From assembly GCA_013265495.1 (NCBI GenBank), contig MU058213.1:4278001-4342000 (forward strand): a DNA stretch of 64,000 bases. The letters run 5' to 3'. Source of the DNA: Vicugna vicugna (taxonomy: Eukaryota). How positions within the stretch are numbered: the stretch's first letter is position 1; every line of letters starts with the position of its first letter. Below are positions 12,850 to 26,640 of the stretch, piece after piece. A model generated the notes under the pieces. That model had not been told where the DNA came from, did not search any database, and was given only the letters and a program-made list of their open reading frames with translations. Position numbers and translations under genes: made by a program.

Positions 12850-13660
12850 TCTTTCAAAATGTTTGAAGGCCTTGTTGCATTGCCCTCTAGCTTCTAGTGT
12901 TGTTGAACAATGGATGCTATTTTGGTATTGAGGCTTTGGTTCTTGTGCTGTTTTGTGTTCTCTTTGGAAGCCTGAAGGTTTTGTCTTTGTCTGCTGTGTG
13001 CTCAGATCTCCAGATTACATGCTTTGGTATAGACCTATTTTTATCGGTTATACAGGGCACTTGGTGGACCCATACAATTCGGCAGCACAGGTACTTCAGT
13101 TCTGAGAATTTTTCTTAGATTATTTCATTGATGAATTTTCTCATCTTTTTCCCCTTATCTCTGTTTGGAGCCCTTATATTTGGATTTGGAACTTCCTGAA
13201 CTGGTCTTCTCTGCCTTCTAAGACATCTCCTTAACTTTTTCTTCTGAAGCTTTTTATCAATTTCCCCCTGATTTACTCTCTCCTGTTTTCAATTCTAAAT
13301 TCTATAAATGCCTAAACATCTCACATGATAGTGGCTTCCCTCAAATGTCTCATAATCCTTGGTTGTCTGCTTATGTTTAAAAAGAGGGCAACAAAATGCT
13401 GATTGGAAACTCTGAGTGATTCGGTTGGGGTTTGTCAGCTGTAAATGTCCCATCGAGTGATTTGTTTGGGCTTCTAAGTGGGGAACCTCCCATGTCAGTA
13501 TCTTCAGGTCTTTCCTCTTGGGTTGATTAGATTCCACATAGAAGGATTTTATAATCTCCTTCTTGGAAGTTGAAAATCTGGCTGCTGAAATCTGGGAGCC
13601 AAGTTGGTAAAGATATCTGGGGGCCTCAGTATCAAACATACAAATGTTCACTTAATCCTC
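12850..13660 (-). mobile_element. Ancient LINE-1 (L1M) fragment
   Basis: T-rich degenerate antisense L1 (cttcagttctgagaatttttcttagattattt). Confidence 0.4.
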
Positions 13661-14314
13661 CTACCCTCTAGAGACCTCCTGCCTCACTTTCTGCAGAGAA
13701 TAAGTTAGCAATAAAGTCATTTAATAACGGCTTAAATAATACATGACACTAGAAAGGAGTAGAGAACTCCTTTTAACTATGAACAGAAAGGAAAGGTGAA
13801 ATCTCTCCCAGGAAATCCTCCAGAGGCAAAGGATTCTTGCTGGCTGATAGAAGAGAATGAGGAGTGGATTACTGATGACTAGTAGAATCTGGTTTATGAT
13901 AGAAGTGGAAAATCTTGGCTTTTAGTTCATCATTGATAGGCATGCCAGGAACTGAAGGGAATACTTATTAAACAAATTGTTACATGAAATTGTTTCCTGT
14001 AGTCCCCAGGGGACAGCTGTGGAAAAGAAAGCACTAACTCCTAGCTGCTTGCCTACACAGCAGGGAGCTACTGGGAATCCACTAGCCATCAACCTTGGTT
14101 CTAAGTGGATGTTAGGAAGCCAGTCACTCCATCTGGATAGCAACTTGCTGTCTGACTTGTTAAGCTCTGTTCTCTCTCCTTCTCTGAGCTTCCTAGAATT
14201 CTTGCCTTCTAAACAAGAGGCCAAGGTCAGTATCTCAAGGAAGAGAAGTCCATTGTTTTGGGTGATTTTCCTTTTGACTGTAAAGTTTCTTTGGGCAATT
14301 CAGGTCTCTGCGAT

Positions 14315-14318
<4 letters not shown>

Positions 14319-14392
<74 letters not shown>

Positions 14393-14454
14393 TGTTTGTG
14401 TTTTTTGGGAAAAAGNNNNNNNNNNNNNNNNNNNNNNNNNNNNNNNNNNNNNNN

Positions 14455-14491
<37 letters not shown>
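14319..14491. repeat. (CT)n(GT)n compound microsatellite spanning a 39-N assembly gap (14416-14454)
   Basis: Directly visible. Confidence 0.95.
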
Positions 14492-14495
<4 letters not shown>

Positions 14496-17299
14496 TGGGT
14501 GTCTTTTAGGAAAAAGAGACTGAAACTATGCTGACAGAATTCCTGTGTCTGCCCAGTGACACACTAACGTGAATGGGCAGTGAACTAAAATCTACTGGAT
14601 TATAACCTTCTTGAGGGCAGGGTGGGGTTTGAGACTTTTTCTTCTTAAATAGCATTTAGTACCATGCCTTCCATGTAAGAGGTGTTCATTAAGTATATTT
14701 CAGTATTGATTTATTGATACTGATTAACTTACATCATAGAAACAGTACTATTAATTATCACAGAATTTGTATTTCTGGTTGTTTTTCTCTGACCCTTTTA
14801 ATAAAGCCTTCTGGATCTACCTGGCAAGGCCAGCAAAGGCCCAGAAATGACTTACAAGTGACGAAACTCCAGTTTTTACTTTTTTTTTGTCTTCCATATA
14901 TGTCAGGAGTATTTAAAAAAATCCATTGGTGGGAACAATATTCCCCTACTAAAAATGGTACATGCAAAGACTTAATTACAGAATGAAAAATAAATTCATA
15001 TTATAATGTCAAATGATTGGTAGATTTAATTCCAGCCCCCCTTTTTTGAGTGTGTACTATACACTTGGTACTATGATAGGTGCACAGTACAGACAGATGC
15101 ATGGCAGTCCCAGCCCTCAAGAAATGTTTACTGTAATGAGGAAAACAAAGTAGAAAACAATACAGGCCATAATAGATACGAACTTCACCAGTTAGTCTCT
15201 CAAAGAAGTGAGGGAGCCCCCATGACCGAGGGTTTGGGCAGACAGTGATTTTTTTCCTCTAAATTAGTTGTATGAGAAGGACAAGAAGAAACAGGCTCTC
15301 CTTTTCTCTTGAGAACAGCATCAATCCTTCAGATAGGATTACATGCCTTCTCCTTTCCCCAAGATTTCTCTTCTGTTTTACCACTGAGTCATAGAATCTT
15401 ACTACTGGAATGGGGCCTTAAAAGTTCTAGTCAGACTTCCCTTCCCCCAAAAGACCCATTTTTTAGGTCTTTCCTACAAAAAATGGTCAGTGAGCCTATA
15501 TTGCTTAAAACACTTCAGATTACAAATAGCAGAAAACTCTAATCCTGTTGAAAACTCAGTGAAGTTAGATCTAGGTTCAGAAGCTATTTGATCAGACTCA
15601 AAAACATCACCAAACATCACATCTTTCTCTGCCGATGCTTTTGCCATCCATGTCTGCATTATTTTAACCTGGCTGAACTTGGTGGTTGGACGATGGCTGC
15701 CCAAGGTCCAGCAGTTTCTTGGTTTTTTTCCCCATACAATAGGCTGGTGAAGTTTCTTCACATTTTTCTGTTGTTTTTATGTTCCTGGATTTCTTGAGTA
15801 CATGCACAAAGAGGAGGTTGCCTCTGAAGCTCTCTTGGAATATGAAACAAACACTTTCCCCAAAGCCCCCAGCATTGGCCCAAACTGTGTCATGCCCATT
15901 GCCAACCAATACCTGCAGCAGGGTTTAGGGCTATGCTGATTTATTTAGATCGGAATTTTGCTAATTTGTTTATATGGAAACCACATTCTCCAGTAGGTAG
16001 CCAGGCCAGGAATGTGATGTTAAGAAGAGGGGTAGGTGTTTATCTAGATAAGGGGGAGTGGATATAGAGGAGGCTACCACAGAATCTGGCACAAAGTCCA
16101 GGGTGCAGCAGTTGACAACGTCATGGAAACCCTTAACGCAAGCTATAATTGCCTCCTACTGCAGGACAGACAACTCTGGTTGTAATAAAGTACAGTGATT
16201 GCATATTTGCACCTGAATCCATCTCTTTGTTTCCATGCAAATCTGGGTTCCAATGGCTCTTCTTGCCTTGTTGCCCTCAAGGTGTTGGCTGCTTCCTTTC
16301 ATTTGTTACTTTGGATATGTCTGTCCTCTTTCCTCAAAGCGTTTCTTCCTTCTGGGTCTTTACTGCACTCACTGACCCAGAAGGGTCAAAACACTGGCTA
16401 TCTTTGGAGAAAACCTTACTTTGATATCCCAACAGAAAGAAATTGAGGTTCAGTTATTTTGTCTTCCTTCTACTCCGTTTACAATTTCTTCAAGCCAAGT
16501 TCAGAATTTGCGCCAAGATAGTGGCTGTGCGACAGAATCTCTCTGGGCTGCCTCTGTAAAATGAAGGGGCTGGCTTAATCCATTTCCAAGCACCCATCCT
16601 GCTGTGCAATTCGATGGCCTCGAATGGGGTTCGGATGGGAAGAGGTGATAGGAGACGTGGGTGCTTGAGTGAGTGGAGTGTTTGGTAACTGAAGCCCACG
16701 TTGCTTTGTGTGATTTGAAGGAAATCTACCTCTTCTGCATTCTGCTCAGCAACCAATTTGACCAACGGTACCTACTCCAAGAGCCGACCGGGGTGGCCAG
16801 TCTCCCTTCCCCACGCACCCATCTTCCGCGTCGAGCGCTGCGCAGCCTCCAGGGCTCGGAGCCTCCCGGCCAGGCCGAGCGCGGCGTCCGGCGTCCGTCG
16901 CGGTGGCTCGGGAACCGCAGCCTTGCAGGGCTCTGCGGCCTCGGGCTGGGTGGCCCGGGCAGCGGATCCAGATGCGCCGCTGTTCCGTCTCCGCCGCTCC
17001 GCTTCGGGGCCAGAGGCAGGAGCAGGACGAGCCGGGGGAGGCGCCACGGTGCCTGCCGCCCCTCACCCAGGGGCCAGGACCAGGCGTCCTCCGCGGGCGG
17101 CCCGGCCCTCCTCGCGGGGTGCTTGCGCGTGTCTCCAGCCCCTCCCCGCCGGCTCCGAGCTGGCCCGCCTCACCCCGCCGCGGGCTTTGTCCGTCGGCCG
17201 CAGGGCGGCCCCTCCCCGTTCCCGCCGGCTCCTCCCCGCCCCCTCTGCTGGCCCCACTTCCTCGGCGCAGGCGGCGGGAGCGGGACGGGGACGAAAGGG

Positions 17300-17602
17300 T
17301 TAACCCGGGGCTCTTCCCGGCGCGGAGGGATCCGGAGCCGAGCCGAGCGCGGTGCTGAGGCCGCCTCAGCGAAAAAAATGTCCGCCTGAGGAGACCCACA
17401 AGTTCTATTCGGGGGGACCGCCAGCCCGCCCCGGGAGGAAGGGGCGGCCAGGCCCGAGAGCCGCCTCCCCCGCCCGGATCCGAGACCTCGCGCGGGGCAA
17501 AGTGAGCCGGACCGCCGGGCGGTGCAAGGGAAAGCCCGAGCCCGCTCTCCCGGCCAAAGTGAACTTTAATCGGGGTGGTTGGATGCGGAGACGGGGCAGC
17601 AG
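17300..17602 (+). other. TCF12: TCF12 exon 1 (5' UTR); start approximate
   Basis: Resembles the recalled human TCF12 5' UTR (gaaaaaaatgtccgcctga...ggatgcggagacgggg); ends at donor CAG|GTAATT (17602/17603). Confidence 0.8.
17378..17389 (+). other. uORF1 (M-S-A-stop) in the TCF12 leader
   Basis: aaaATG TCC GCC TGA, A at -3. Confidence 0.6.
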
Positions 17603-18573
17603 GTAATTGCGGGCCGGCGAGCGGGAGGGGGAAGCCGTGGCGGGGCTGGGGGCTGCGGGGCGCCACCGCGTCCCAGCCAGAGCCGAGGCGCCCCCAGCCC
17701 GCGCCCCAACTCCGCGCCCCTTTGTACAGAGGCGAACCCGGGGTCTCTCCAAGTTGGGGAGCGGAGTGGGGGCGGAGGCGAGAGTCGCAGGCGGCCAGGC
17801 CCGCGGGCGGCGCGCTCGGCCTGCGCGCCCCGCTCGGCTCGGGCTCCGGGGCGCGCGGGAGAGCGGGCTCTTCGGCCGCCGAGTCAGGCTCATTGTTAGG
17901 CAGGTCCGGGGCCGGCCGGCCGCGGGTAGGGCAGCAAAAGTGGGAGGAGGCCGAGCCGGGGGAGGAGAACGCCAGGCGAGAGAGAGACTAGTTGTCGGTG
18001 TTTCTGTTTTCTTTTTTAAAACGCTCCTGGGACGCGCGGGGGCTGCTTTCCGACCCCCCGGGCCCACCGGGGACGTCCGGGCGGCGGCGGCCGCAGACGC
18101 GGGCCTGCGAGCGGCGCGCTCCCTGCAACTTGTCAGTTCTATTGTTGCCGAGCCAGTGAGTCACTTCGCATCTCCCCTCGCCGCCGCTCCTCTCGCTGGA
18201 CGCCCAATCGCCCCTCACCCCGCCCCTCGAGACCCCCGCCCCGGCCGGGCCCTGCGCGCCCAGCACCCGGCGGCGGCGCGGGGTAGGGCGCCGGGGAGGG
18301 GGCAGGGACACGCTCGGAAACTTGCGGGAGAGGCGGCGAGTTGCGGGAGCCGCCGCTTCGCTCCCGGGCCGCCCCAGGAAACGCGTGGATTCACGGACCC
18401 CGCACTGGCGCGGGGCTCTCCTGTCCCCTGCCCGCGCGGCGCTGGGGAACCAGTCGGGTATTGGAAGTCAGCTAGGCGCTTTTCCTCTTCTAAGCCCCTC
18501 TCCATCCTTGTACACACTTTGGGCCTCGGTGGTCTGTCGCTGAGCCTGTTTCCTCTGCCTTAGGACCTGCTAG
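17583..18573 (+). other. uORF2 spanning the exon 1/2 junction (17583-17602 + 18564-18573): MRRRGSRTC-stop
   Basis: ATG CGG AGA CGG GGC AGC AG|G ACC TGC TAG; stop is 12 nt before the main ATG. Confidence 0.55.
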
Positions 18574-18663
<90 letters not shown>

Positions 18664-19649
18664 TGAGAGCTTCCCGCGGCATCTTGGGGGTCTGATGAGG
18701 TTTACAAAAAAAAAAAAAAGAAAAATAAATAAAGGGGGAGAGCGACGTGGGGACTTAGCAGCGTGAACTCCATCTGCTTTGAGTAGTAGTTCTCAGGGCT
18801 GGAGTCCAGCTCCCCCAAGTTGGACACCTGAACTTTGATGTAATGTCTAGACTTGCAGATTTAAAACTTTAATGCCAGAGGGGTCACTTGATTTAACCAG
18901 TTAAAAGGAGAACAACGTAATCATGAGCTTTGGTTGAGTCACCCTCTGACCCTGATGATAATTAGGGATTTTGAACTTCATATGAAAAAAGAAAATTGGT
19001 TTTTTGTTCAACACTCCTAACCATTTCCCTTCCCAAGATGTGGTATAGTTTATGGTACCTGAAAGATGTTAGTTACAGGAAAGCTAGTCAAGAGCTAGAA
19101 TTTCTAGCCTTTGGGGATGAGTCTTTTTAAGATAAATATATATGTATTTATGTGTGTTTATATTTATGTATGTATATAATGCATATATAAGAAGCACATA
19201 TGTGTATATACATTAAAATTTTTTTAACGTGAGAAATAATTGAATGACTTAAAAATAAAAGCTGAAACCAAAGGGCCCACTGCCCTTATTTCTAATAGTT
19301 GAATTTCTTTATTAATGCTCTTAGGTAGGACCAGTATATACTCTATAAAACTGTGTTGTAATGGATCCTTACTATATGTAGTAGTTTCAGTGGATGTGGT
19401 TCTGACTCTGTGTATTAAATTGTAATGTAAGTGTAATAGGATTTCAGTTACAAAGTGAAGATTATGAACAAAAATTTAATCATTTAAACCTAAATCTTAA
19501 ACGCTTTCATGTAAGTGACTGAGTTTTCAGAACAGAATAACCAGTAGTTTCAAATAGTGTTTGGAAATAGTATCACTAAGTGTATTGGCTTTTCTGGGTC
19601 TGAATGTGTATCTTCAATTTTATTTTAATGTCCCTCAGAAATAAAGTAA

Positions 19650-19859
<210 letters not shown>

Positions 19860-22800
19860 TAATAGAAAAATATGAAGATTATATTAATATTTTTCTTTAT
19901 GCCATTCTTTGGTGTCTAGTGAAAATTAAAAACAAATAAAACCCAAATGTGGGCTCTTGCTCTAAGGATCCATTGACTTTTTTTTTTTTTTTTTTAAAAA
20001 TTTCAATATAGTTTTTAAAAGTTGTTCTGTTTTCTCTGAATTTTTAAATTGAAGATTGTCTCATTTGAGTACAAGGGATTATATCATGCCTCTGTATATT
20101 TAGGAAAGTACCAGAAGAAAATGCTCTTTGGTCCATGTGTGGTATTTTTAAAATTGTTTTTAAAAATATGTGTATTTTAAAATTTTGCTAAAATTTTAGC
20201 TCATTAGTGTTATTAAACCTTTGGAGTCTAAAGAATTGGTAAAATGTTATTTAATATATGCAAAAGAAAAGTAGAATTGAGTCGAGCAGTAATTAGTAAG
20301 ACTTATTTTAAAAGATGTCTCTTCCCTTGGAAATCTGCAGCAAATTAACAATTTTGTTGTCAGTTATTTAAATTGTTACAAATAAGTGAATAGAAAGTTT
20401 GATTTATTTTCAAATGACACCTATTAGATGACTGAATTGTATCCTGTGTTCACATTACATTAGGATAACATGTAGACTAATTTAAATTAGATTATTATTC
20501 CTACAGTAGTGCTTCCATCTTAAATTTACTTTCTGTGTATTTATAACTTATTAAAATTTATCCTGTATTTAAGTATGCATTTTTTGTTTTTTCTAACTTA
20601 TTTAAAAACTCATGATTAAAAAATAATAAATGTTCCAGAAGCAAGGTCCATTTTGGTGTACAAAAGCTATAATTTTCTGTTTAACTTAGATTTATTCCTT
20701 AGTGCTCAGAGATGAGAAAAAAAAAACAACTAAAGCCAAGTCATCTTAAGAAAACCAGCTGTCAAATCTGTAGGCTGAAACTCTATAATTCGTTTTTGAC
20801 TGGTGCTTTTTTATTTCCCCTAGTAAAATGATAGTTGATTTCTTAAGATAGTGTGAGAACAGAACATCAGAAGAAGGTTCATTTCATAACCAATTTAACC
20901 CTTATACACTTTAGATTTAAAAAATATTTCTATTTTAAAATAATACACTAACTTAATTTACTAAAATTCATTTTTAATGATGAAATTGAAGTTTTAGAGG
21001 AAAATGGAGCATGTTGTTTACATCTCAAACAAGTAAAATAAAAGCATTTTGGATTTTAAGTATCCTAAAGACTAATTAATATTATCCTTAATCAAAAGGA
21101 TATCATAAAATGTCAGTGAAGCCCCAACTCTTCTCCCTCCTCCATCCATTTATCGGTAATCATTTGATAATCACCACTTTTTGGGGTTGAGGAGAGAGAA
21201 TTATTATTTAATACTGAAGAAGGCTATATTCTTTTTCTTTACTAATGTTTTGAGTACATCTCAATTTTTGTGACTGGTAATTCAGTCTCAGGAACTTTCA
21301 GGTTTACTTTGTCTAATAAATAGTAGATGTTCAGTATATTTCATGAATGGGTAATGGTATTGCTGTTACAGGCTGTTCTGGGTTGTATTGTAGAAAATAT
21401 ATTTAACTGACATTCACTGATATCAAGGACATGAACTTCAGAAACTTGCTATTAGAAATACGTTCTGCTTTTAGAATAAGGATAACTTTTTTTTTTTTTT
21501 TTACTTTTTAAATTTGAGGTATAATTTGTGTAGTCTGAAATTAAAATGTATAGTGAACTCGGGTATATTACTAGCATGGCATTGGAGTAGTTGTGGGTTC
21601 TTTTTGTACCTTGCATTATGCAAAGAAAAAGATTATTTTTTTTACATTGTCGAAGTGGTCATAGTTTTTGATTCTTTGAAACAGGAAATTTTTAGTTTTA
21701 GAACTGTTAGATGTAATTTATCCGTTCAAAGTTTGAATATAAATACCTGTATTCAGTGATAGGAGTATTTATTTGTGGTTTGTTTTAAATTTCAGGAAAA
21801 AATCGTAATTAAAAAAAGCCATGAGCTTGAATAGTGAATGTACTTAGATTTGGGGAAGGAGAACAGCATTAGCAATTATTTTATATGAAAGTATACAGCT
21901 AATTATGGCCCTGTAGCAGTTTATTATCTTGAAGGAAATGTCTAAAAGAGATTGTTATAGGAATATTACTTTATTTATATATTTTATTGATACTTGAATG
22001 ATTTTTTGTCCCGATGTCAAGGGACGTGTAATACTTCCTAATGCCCATTTATTTGCAATGTTAAAGGATATAAAGATATGACTTTCCTTCTGAAGAGCTG
22101 ACTTAAAGATCAGAGTTTTCTTGTTTTTGGAGTAACATTTGTAAAACCCCAAGCCTTTTTCCTCATGAAAACTGTAAATTGTGTAATATGATTTCCTTTA
22201 TTTCTTGTTTATCCTTTTAGAGGATGACTTAATTTTACAGTATGTCCTTTAGTACATCATGTACATTCTAAAATCTTATTCCTAAAGCAAAACTAACTTG
22301 TATGATAGCTGATACTTCATCAAAAGTCACTATAGAAAAGATGAATGTATATTTATCATTACTTATTTGTCTTGAATTTGTCATAGTCCCATTTTTTCAT
22401 CAAGGTGTTAATTTTCTTTGCATTTTGATAAGACTGAATTTGTCCACTTGGTATGACAGAATCTGTGAAGTATTCTTACAGTGACCTTGAGAGAGGTGTT
22501 TCTGTAGGAGTTAAAGGTGAGGCACTGTGTAGGGCACTGTACAAGAGGAAAGCTTGCTGAATGAATTGACAAACTGGAAATAATTCAGATGTTTGAATTC
22601 ACTATCCCCTCCAACTTCAGGGTTTGAGTGTATAGAATTAAATTGTGATGTTGGGTTTAATTTTTAGTTTAAATGTTTACATGATATCTGAAAGATTTCC
22701 TTTGTTAGTTTATGAATCCAAGTAATAAGAGATGTTGGACAGTAGAGGGATATATTTGTTTTGTAAAACCACCTGTATGTATTGAGTCTGTCTGTTTCTT

Positions 22801-23089
22801 ATTTTTCTATCTAGAGAGTTATTTTAGCTAGTAAGTAAAGCTTTTACTTTTCCTTGTTCAAATCAGACTTTTGTAATACTATAGATTTCTTCTTGCTCAG
22901 GATTTTTGGAAATAATTATAAGAACTATTTTCTAGCTCTTATTTTTTAAAAAGAATAGAGTTTTTCATTCTTTAGATACTGATCAGTTTTTTGGGGGTAG
23001 GAGTGGTTCACATGTACATATAGGCCTTTTGAAAATACTGGTATAGGGCCAGAAAAATGAATTCTCATTAAATGGCCTTTCAGTAATTT

Positions 23090-23320
23090 TTAAATTAAAT
23101 TTTTTGTTTTGAGATAATTGTAGATTCATATACAGTTGTAAGAAACAATACAGATTTCCCACGTATGCTTTACCATGTTTCTAACAATAGTAACATCTTG
23201 CAAAACTGTAGTACAATATCACGATGGTTATTGATGGTGATAACAGTCAAGATACAAGAACAATTCCATCATCACAAGGGTTCCTGGTGTTTCCCTACTA
23301 TAATTGTGTCTACTTCTTAA
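23090..23320 (-). mobile_element. Old LINE-1 3' end fragment
   Basis: ttttgagataattgtagattcatatacagttgtaagaaacaataca...gcaaaactgtagtacaatatcac. Confidence 0.6.
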
Positions 23321-25044
23321 GTAATTTAACAACAAAAAAGGAAAAATTAGTAAGTACCTCTCACCCTATTAAACATGGAGTAATTGCCAGAGCATTATTT
23401 GAACATATCAAGAAAGAGAACACCAAAATTTTACCAGTATGCTTTTTAACCGAACTTGTTTTATAAGTAGGCATGGTAATTTTAAATAGAGGGGAAACTA
23501 GGTTTGGCTTTTTCACTTAAGTTACTGTGAAGTTATGAGTAGAATGTGGTTCATACTGTGTACCTGTCAGTGTTGAAATTTATAATAAGTATAGTGGGTA
23601 GTAATACACATTTACTCAAATTTAGTATTGTTATTTGGGTAACTAAGCCATGTTAGACATTTGCTTCTGCAAGCTGTATTGATGAATGAGAGTAACTGCA
23701 GAGTCAGCAGGCATGTGAGGAAAAATAATATTTTAGGATAATTATGGTCGGCTGTGAAGTGGCTCATTTAAGGTAGAAGTTAAGAAGCAAAGGACTGTTT
23801 TAGAGAAAGTCTGTATATGAAAATATATTCTTGGAAAACAGATCCAAGAATGTCAAGAGACAAGATTTTAACCATGATTATTGTGTGCTTTTCAGAATAG
23901 TTTCTGTAGTATTCTTTAAGTAGTCATGGCTTATAATGAATTTGAAAAACAGTGATTAGATCACTGTATTTGAGAGACTTGTTTATTATATATAGTGAGC
24001 CATACCTTTAGTTGATTATTATTTTTATCTGTTTTCACTAACAATTAAAATACAAATTCAGCCTTCTTTTAGGCTATCCTTTGGTATATCTGTTTCTTTG
24101 AGTTTTTTTTTTTTCTTTGAGTTTTTAAATCATTCTCTTGGCTAGGAAGATAAAGGTGAAGATACTCAACCTTAAATGTAAGCACAATTGTTCTCACATT
24201 TTAGATTTAATGGGGCTGTTTAGAATAATCTCTTATTAAAGCCAGATAGTCTTTTTTCTTCTTGAACAATTGATAATCATGCCTGGAATGTCACTGCTTG
24301 CTTAATGTTGTCAAAGACTTGGCTAACTCTTGACACAAGAGAGTAAAATAGTGCTATTAGAAGGGATATCCACAAGAAAAAAAGGCTATTTCTGGACAGT
24401 GTGTGGATTATCTTTTCTAAAAAGTCATTTAATAGAAGTGTTTTTGAGTATTTTGGATATCTAATGCTTTTGTGCTTGCGGACTACAGTGAATAAAAGAC
24501 AAACATTTAAATTTATCAGTTCCAAAGACTTTCTGCTTTGTTAAATAGTAGAGCTATAGTTATCTTAGATTTATCAGTTAACTGCATATTTATTTAGTAT
24601 ATATTTGTGCAGCTTGCTATTCTAGTAGCTTTTTGGAAGGTAGAAAATGGAGAAGGACGTAGACCAAAAAAAGTGGAGGCATTTCATTATTTAAATAGGA
24701 AGATAAAATACAAAAATGTGAGGTAGGTAAACTTCTGTAACATAAATCAACACCTGCACATTAATGTAGTTTAAATTGAGTCCATAAGAATAAGGATGTG
24801 TTGAGGAGTCAGGGAACTGACTTAAGGAAAACTCAGAAATGTTGAATTTAGAGTTGACTTTTAAAGGAGATAAGGAAAATGAATTAGAGAAGAGAAGAAC
24901 TGACCTCCCAGATGTGGAATAGCATGAAAAGAGACCCGGAAGTGGGAGGTTTGCTCTAAGGGCCTGTACTTACCCAGTTCAGGGAAAGAGAAACTGGTTT
25001 TTATTGATTACCACTCCTGCACTCCTGAAGGAACTAGCTCATAC

Positions 25045-25270
25045 TTATTATTATCTGGAGCCAGACTGCATGGGTTCAAATCTAATCATTGCCATTTATT
25101 AGCTGGTGACCTTGGATACATTTTTTAAGCTCTCTGTGCTTCTGCTGCTTAATGTGTAAAATAGGACTAATAACAGTAGCTATCCTCATGGAGTTGTTAT
25201 GAATGTTAACTGAGTTAATACAGATAAATCTTCAGGGACAGTGTATGTCAGGTAGTGAACTGTGGTGGCG
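25045..25270 (+). mobile_element. MIR SINE
   Basis: tctggagccagactgcatgggttcaaatc...tgaccttgg...gtaaaatagg. Confidence 0.7.
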
Positions 25271-26409
25271 TGAATAGTTAGTGGTGAGGCAGTAGAATAA
25301 GGAAAGAAGGAGGCTCCTGTGCTAACCTAGGAATGAGCTGGTGAAGGTTTGGACTTGGTATTAGTATAGGAAGTAGGAAGGAAAAATACCAGAAGAAAAG
25401 AATTGACAGAATCTGAAGGATTGGATTTCTGTAGGTAACAGACATGACTTATGCAATTTTGGCATAATTGATGGATGATAGTGCTGGAGGGAAAAAAGTA
25501 AAGATGCTGAAATATTTTGAGCATTTTCAATTTCTTGACTGATTTGGGGATTTAAGAGAGAAGAGTGCTAAACTTGAGTTAAAGATTTTGGTTAAAAAAA
25601 CAGCCTATAAAATTAATACTTAATTGTGATTGAAAAGAAAATTGGAGAACAGAGAAAGCAACAAGAAGAAAAAAAAAACACATTATTTTACTATCCAGAG
25701 AAAATTGTTAACATTTTGATTTATTTCCTTTAGTCTTTTTTTTCCTATTCTATGTTTGCAAAGTTGAGAGCTTACTGATAGTTTTCATTTCATGTCCTGC
25801 CTTTTTATTTCTGTTGGTATTATGAGCACTTTCTCATGTTCTTAAAGATTCTCCATAAACCCTGTTTAAAATTGTCACTTGATAATACATGGGATGAATC
25901 ATTTATCATATCAGTTCTCTTGTTACTGCTGATGTTAGAGATTTTGTTTGTTGATTTGCTTTTTATAAAAAACATGATATTGAACATCTTTTCATACATA
26001 CATACACTTTTATCTGCACTTCAGTTTCCTTTGGATAGGAGATGTGGATTTTGGTTTTTGTGTATACAAGTTACAATTAAAGTTACGTGAGTGAATGAAT
26101 ACCCTTAGGGAAATGAACTCAGACAGAGCTAAATTATCAGATCAAGGATTGATGTTAATAGTGGAGTTAGATGTATAATATTAGTGATTTTGTTTGATTA
26201 TATAATGCAAAAATACAAATTTTTATTAGTTTATGAATGGAGTCTATGATGACATTTGATGCACATTTGTATTTGTATGTAATTTGGTTGTGCAGTGACT
26301 AGAGGGAATTCCTGTCATTCTTTGACCTGTGCTTATTGAAATAGAGTGGAATCTAATTGGAGTCTATCAGTGAGAGGGCCCTTGAATTCTTGACTTCTTA
26401 TAAGAGAGG

Positions 26410-26640
26410 TGACATAGTGTAGTGGGAAGAATTGGGCTCAGGAGCCAGACAACTGGATTGGAACAGTGCTTTGCGATTTATTAGCTGGATGGCCCTAGGC
26501 AAGTCATTTAAATGATCTAAACATCCTTTTCTCCTTTGTGAAGAGTGGATGATAATGCCCACATTCAGAATCCTTACGAGGATCAAATAAGATTATCTCT
26601 GTACATGGCCTGCACATAGCAGCTTCAAAAATGGTAGCTG
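26410..26640 (+). mobile_element. MIR SINE
   Basis: catagtgtagtgg...gggctcaggagccagac...ggcaagtcattta...gaggatcaaataagat. Confidence 0.65.

Noticed and set aside
13977..14534. 185-aa ORF
   Set aside because: It runs through CT/GT microsatellites and an N gap
15474..15930. Minus-strand ORFs (81-95 aa) as a processed pseudogene or coding exon
   Set aside because: I recognise no protein family in any frame and see no poly(A)/TSD; a BLASTX/TBLASTX search would settle it
16673..18563. Long ORFs (238, 306, 318, 220 aa and others) on both strands
   Set aside because: They are by-products of stop-codon scarcity in the GC-rich CpG island: low-complexity Pro/Arg/Gly/Ala translations, mostly non-ATG starts, overlapping in all frames
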